From an uncultured Candidatus Saccharibacteria bacterium (GTDB lineage Bacteria > Patescibacteriota > Saccharimonadia > Saccharimonadales > Saccharimonadaceae), in assembly GCA_964572775.1 (NCBI GenBank), contig CAZNEX010000003.1:2400-66399 (forward strand): a stretch of 64,000 bases of DNA, in the 5' to 3' direction. The position numbers were made by a program, and so were the translations under genes. Below the pieces are notes generated by a model, which made no database searches, had not been told where the DNA came from, and saw only the letters and a program-made list of their open reading frames with translations. This document shows, piece after piece, positions 62,288-64,000 of this stretch; positions within the stretch are counted from its first letter, which is position 1, and each line of letters opens with the position of its first letter.

Positions 62288-63721
62288 ATGAAAGTAAATC
62301 CGAATATTTTTAGAGGTTACGATCTGCGAGGCTTGGTTGACATTGATTTGAGCCCAGAGTTAGCCGAACATTTGGGGATGGCGTATGGAACGATGATGAA
62401 ACGTCAAGGCAAAACACAATTTGTTGTTGGCCGAGACTGTAGAGCTACAAGTCCAGAGTATGCAGAGAGACTTATTACTGGCTTGCAGGCTGTTGGTTGC
62501 GATGTTATTGACATTGGTATGCACATGGTAGGCACGTTTTACTGGTCGCAGCACTATCTAAATCGTCCAGTTGGTGTTTATGTTAGTGCATCACATAACC
62601 CACCAGAGTTTAACGGTTTCAAGTTTGCAAATGACTATTCTGAAACTCTAGTTAGCGATGGTATGCAAGAATTGCTAAGAGTTGTTCAGGAAGAAGATTA
62701 TGACTATTCCGATGAAAAAGGTCAAGCAGTTGAACAAGACATACGACAGGCATACTTTGACGACATCAACTCTCGTATAAAGATTTCTAGAAGTCTTAAG
62801 GTCTTGGTAGATCCAAGTGCTACTACTGCTGGGGCGATCGCTCCAGAGCTACTGCGCCAAGCAGGTTGTGAGGTTATTGAACGTAATACTGAAGTCGATC
62901 CAACTTTCCCTCTAGGCATCGCCGATCCGACTGAAAACTCTGTCATGGAGCGGCTAAGTGCAGAGGTTATTGAAGCAGGTGCAGATATCGGTCTTACATA
63001 TGATTCTGATGGAGACAGAATTGGTGTGGTAGATGAAAAGGGTCAAATTATTTGGAATGACGTGCTGGTCGCGCTTTTTGCTACGGATGTTCTTAGCGAC
63101 CACCCTGGTGAAAAAATTATGTTTAACACACTTTGTTCAAAGGTAGTTCCTGAAACAATCGAAAGAGAGGGCGGTGTTCCGTTTATGTGGAGAACCGGAC
63201 ATTCGTTCTTAAAGAAAAAAAATCAAGAAGTCAAGGCGGCCTTTATTGGCGAGTTGTCAGGCCATTTCTTCTTTTCGAAAGATTTTTATAACCATGACGA
63301 TGGACTGTACTCTTCAATGAGACTTTTGCGTCGAGTGGCAGACTCGGGCAAAAAACTATCTGAATTGGTCGACGAGTTGCCAAAGTACATATCTAGTCCA
63401 GAGATAAAATTATATTGTTCTGACGAAGAAAAAGTTGCATTGATCGACAAGCTGTCGCCATTATTACGTAATGATTATCCAGAAGCTGAGGTAATCGACG
63501 ATGAACGCGCTGGCGACGGACTGAGGCTAGAAGCTGACGCTAAGATGTTCGTTCTACGTTACTCTCAAAATGGTCCATATGTGACTATTAAGTTTGAGGC
63601 GAAAGACCATCAAGATTACGAAGAACTAAGGTCATATATCGAGAATCTTCTACGAAAATTTCCTGAAGTCGACTGGCATAATTCGATCAGCACAAATGTC
63701 GAGTCGTTAGCAAAACAGTAG
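62288..63721 (+). CDS. phosphoglucomutase/phosphomannomutase family protein
   Basis: Active-site SASHNPPEFNGFK, Mg site YDSDGDRIG and sugar-binding GELSGHFFF. AAGGAGGG Shine-Dalgarno. Confidence 0.9.
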   Translation: MKVNPNIFRGYDLRGLVDIDLSPELAEHLGMAYGTMMKRQGKTQFVVGRDCRATSPEYAERLITGLQAVGCDVIDIGMHMVGTFYWSQHYLNRPVGVYVSASHNPPEFNGFKFANDYSETLVSDGMQELLRVVQEEDYDYSDEKGQAVEQDIRQAYFDDINSRIKISRSLKVLVDPSATTAGAIAPELLRQAGCEVIERNTEVDPTFPLGIADPTENSVMERLSAEVIEAGADIGLTYDSDGDRIGVVDEKGQIIWNDVLVALFATDVLSDHPGEKIMFNTLCSKVVPETIEREGGVPFMWRTGHSFLKKKNQEVKAAFIGELSGHFFFSKDFYNHDDGLYSSMRLLRRVADSGKKLSELVDELPKYISSPEIKLYCSDEEKVALIDKLSPLLRNDYPEAEVIDDERAGDGLRLEADAKMFVLRYSQNGPYVTIKFEAKDHQDYEELRSYIENLLRKFPEVDWHNSISTNVESLAKQ

Positions 63722-63733
63722 CCACGATTCCTA

Positions 63734-64000
63734 ATGAATCTCGCCACGTCTCTAGAATCGATCAAAGGTGTTGGACCGAAAACGGCTGAGCAGTTGGAGA
63801 AAGCTGGTCTATCTACGGTTGGCGACATGGTGATGTTTTTGCCCCGCAAACACGAAGATTACTCAGAAATTACAGCAATCGATGATCTAACTCCTGGCAA
63901 GCGTACAATAAAAATTACTATCGACTCGACCGAGACGCGGCGTGTCCGTCGCGGTATGACCGTGACTACGGGCACCTTGCAAGATTCAAGTGGCAAAGTA
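63734..64000 (+). CDS. recG: ATP-dependent DNA helicase RecG, 5' fragment (runs off the window end)
   Basis: My own translation gives MNLATSLESIKGVGPKTAEQLEKAGLSTVGDMVMFLPRKHEDY...GMTVTTGTLQDSSGKV, which matches the RecG N-terminal/wedge pattern. The frame stays open to the window end. Confidence 0.8.
   Translation, partial: MNLATSLESIKGVGPKTAEQLEKAGLSTVGDMVMFLPRKHEDYSEITAIDDLTPGKRTIKITIDSTETRRVRRGMTVTTGTLQDSSGKV

Noticed and set aside
1-64000. A window-wide search for CRISPR repeats, IS/transposase or integrase genes, prophage genes, and tRNA/rRNA/tmRNA/RNase P/SRP RNA.
   Set aside because: I noticed no regularly spaced direct repeats, no transposase/integrase-like ORFs, and no tRNA-like T-loop/acceptor features. 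Intergenic gaps are mostly under 160 nt. The scan was visual only, so short ncRNAs cannot be excluded.

Overview
A gene-dense 64-kb window of about 60 CDS, mostly on the + strand and almost entirely housekeeping. I saw no rRNA, tRNA, CRISPR array, transposase or integrase. Recognisable content, in order: PAP2 phosphatase, rmuC, an aquaporin, pheST, a cyoABCDE quinol-oxidase operon followed by a type-II NADH dehydrogenase, an FKBP PPIase, trxB, a PLD-family protein, ppa, Nudix, a short Rel (RSH), and a central-carbon cluster (gap, rpiB, rpe-like, split transketolase, class II fba). Then come two LPHTG sortase-substrate surface proteins, two PfkB kinases, a LOG-family protein, uvrB, gatC-gatA-X-gatB, Nudix, galU-like, small stress-type membrane proteins and dnaE. 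The rest is a SpoU methyltransferase, a lone pilB-type ATPase, malic enzyme, rplS, an rnhB-yraN fusion, pepN, a DUF1524/HNH-like exported nuclease, nusA, clpC-X-radA-yacL-like, a class A PBP, tyrS, a phosphohexomutase and the 5' end of recG. The mix (LPXTG-type sorting signals, Firmicutes-like clpC-radA-yacL and rplS-rnhB-yraN synteny, split transketolase, short Rel, many tiny intergenic gaps) points to a reduced, Gram-positive-type lineage such as Saccharibacteria/CPR. That placement is inference only. Most noteworthy observations: (1) a perfect CIRCE/HrcA operator overlapping the clpC promoter; (2) gatA has an in-frame TGA even though TGA is a normal stop elsewhere in the window; (3) a membrane-anchored HEPN-like (R-N-x3-H) ORF is wedged between gatA and gatB; (4) tyrS has lost about 34 conserved core codons, is frameshifted, and has a degenerate HIGH motif; (5) about 19 operon-leading genes have a TATAAT-like hexamer 6-8 nt upstream of the start codon, implying widespread leaderless mRNAs; (6) one 10-bp palindrome appears to supply the -10 elements for two divergent leaderless genes. 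All functional calls rest on motif recognition by eye, and no searches were run.
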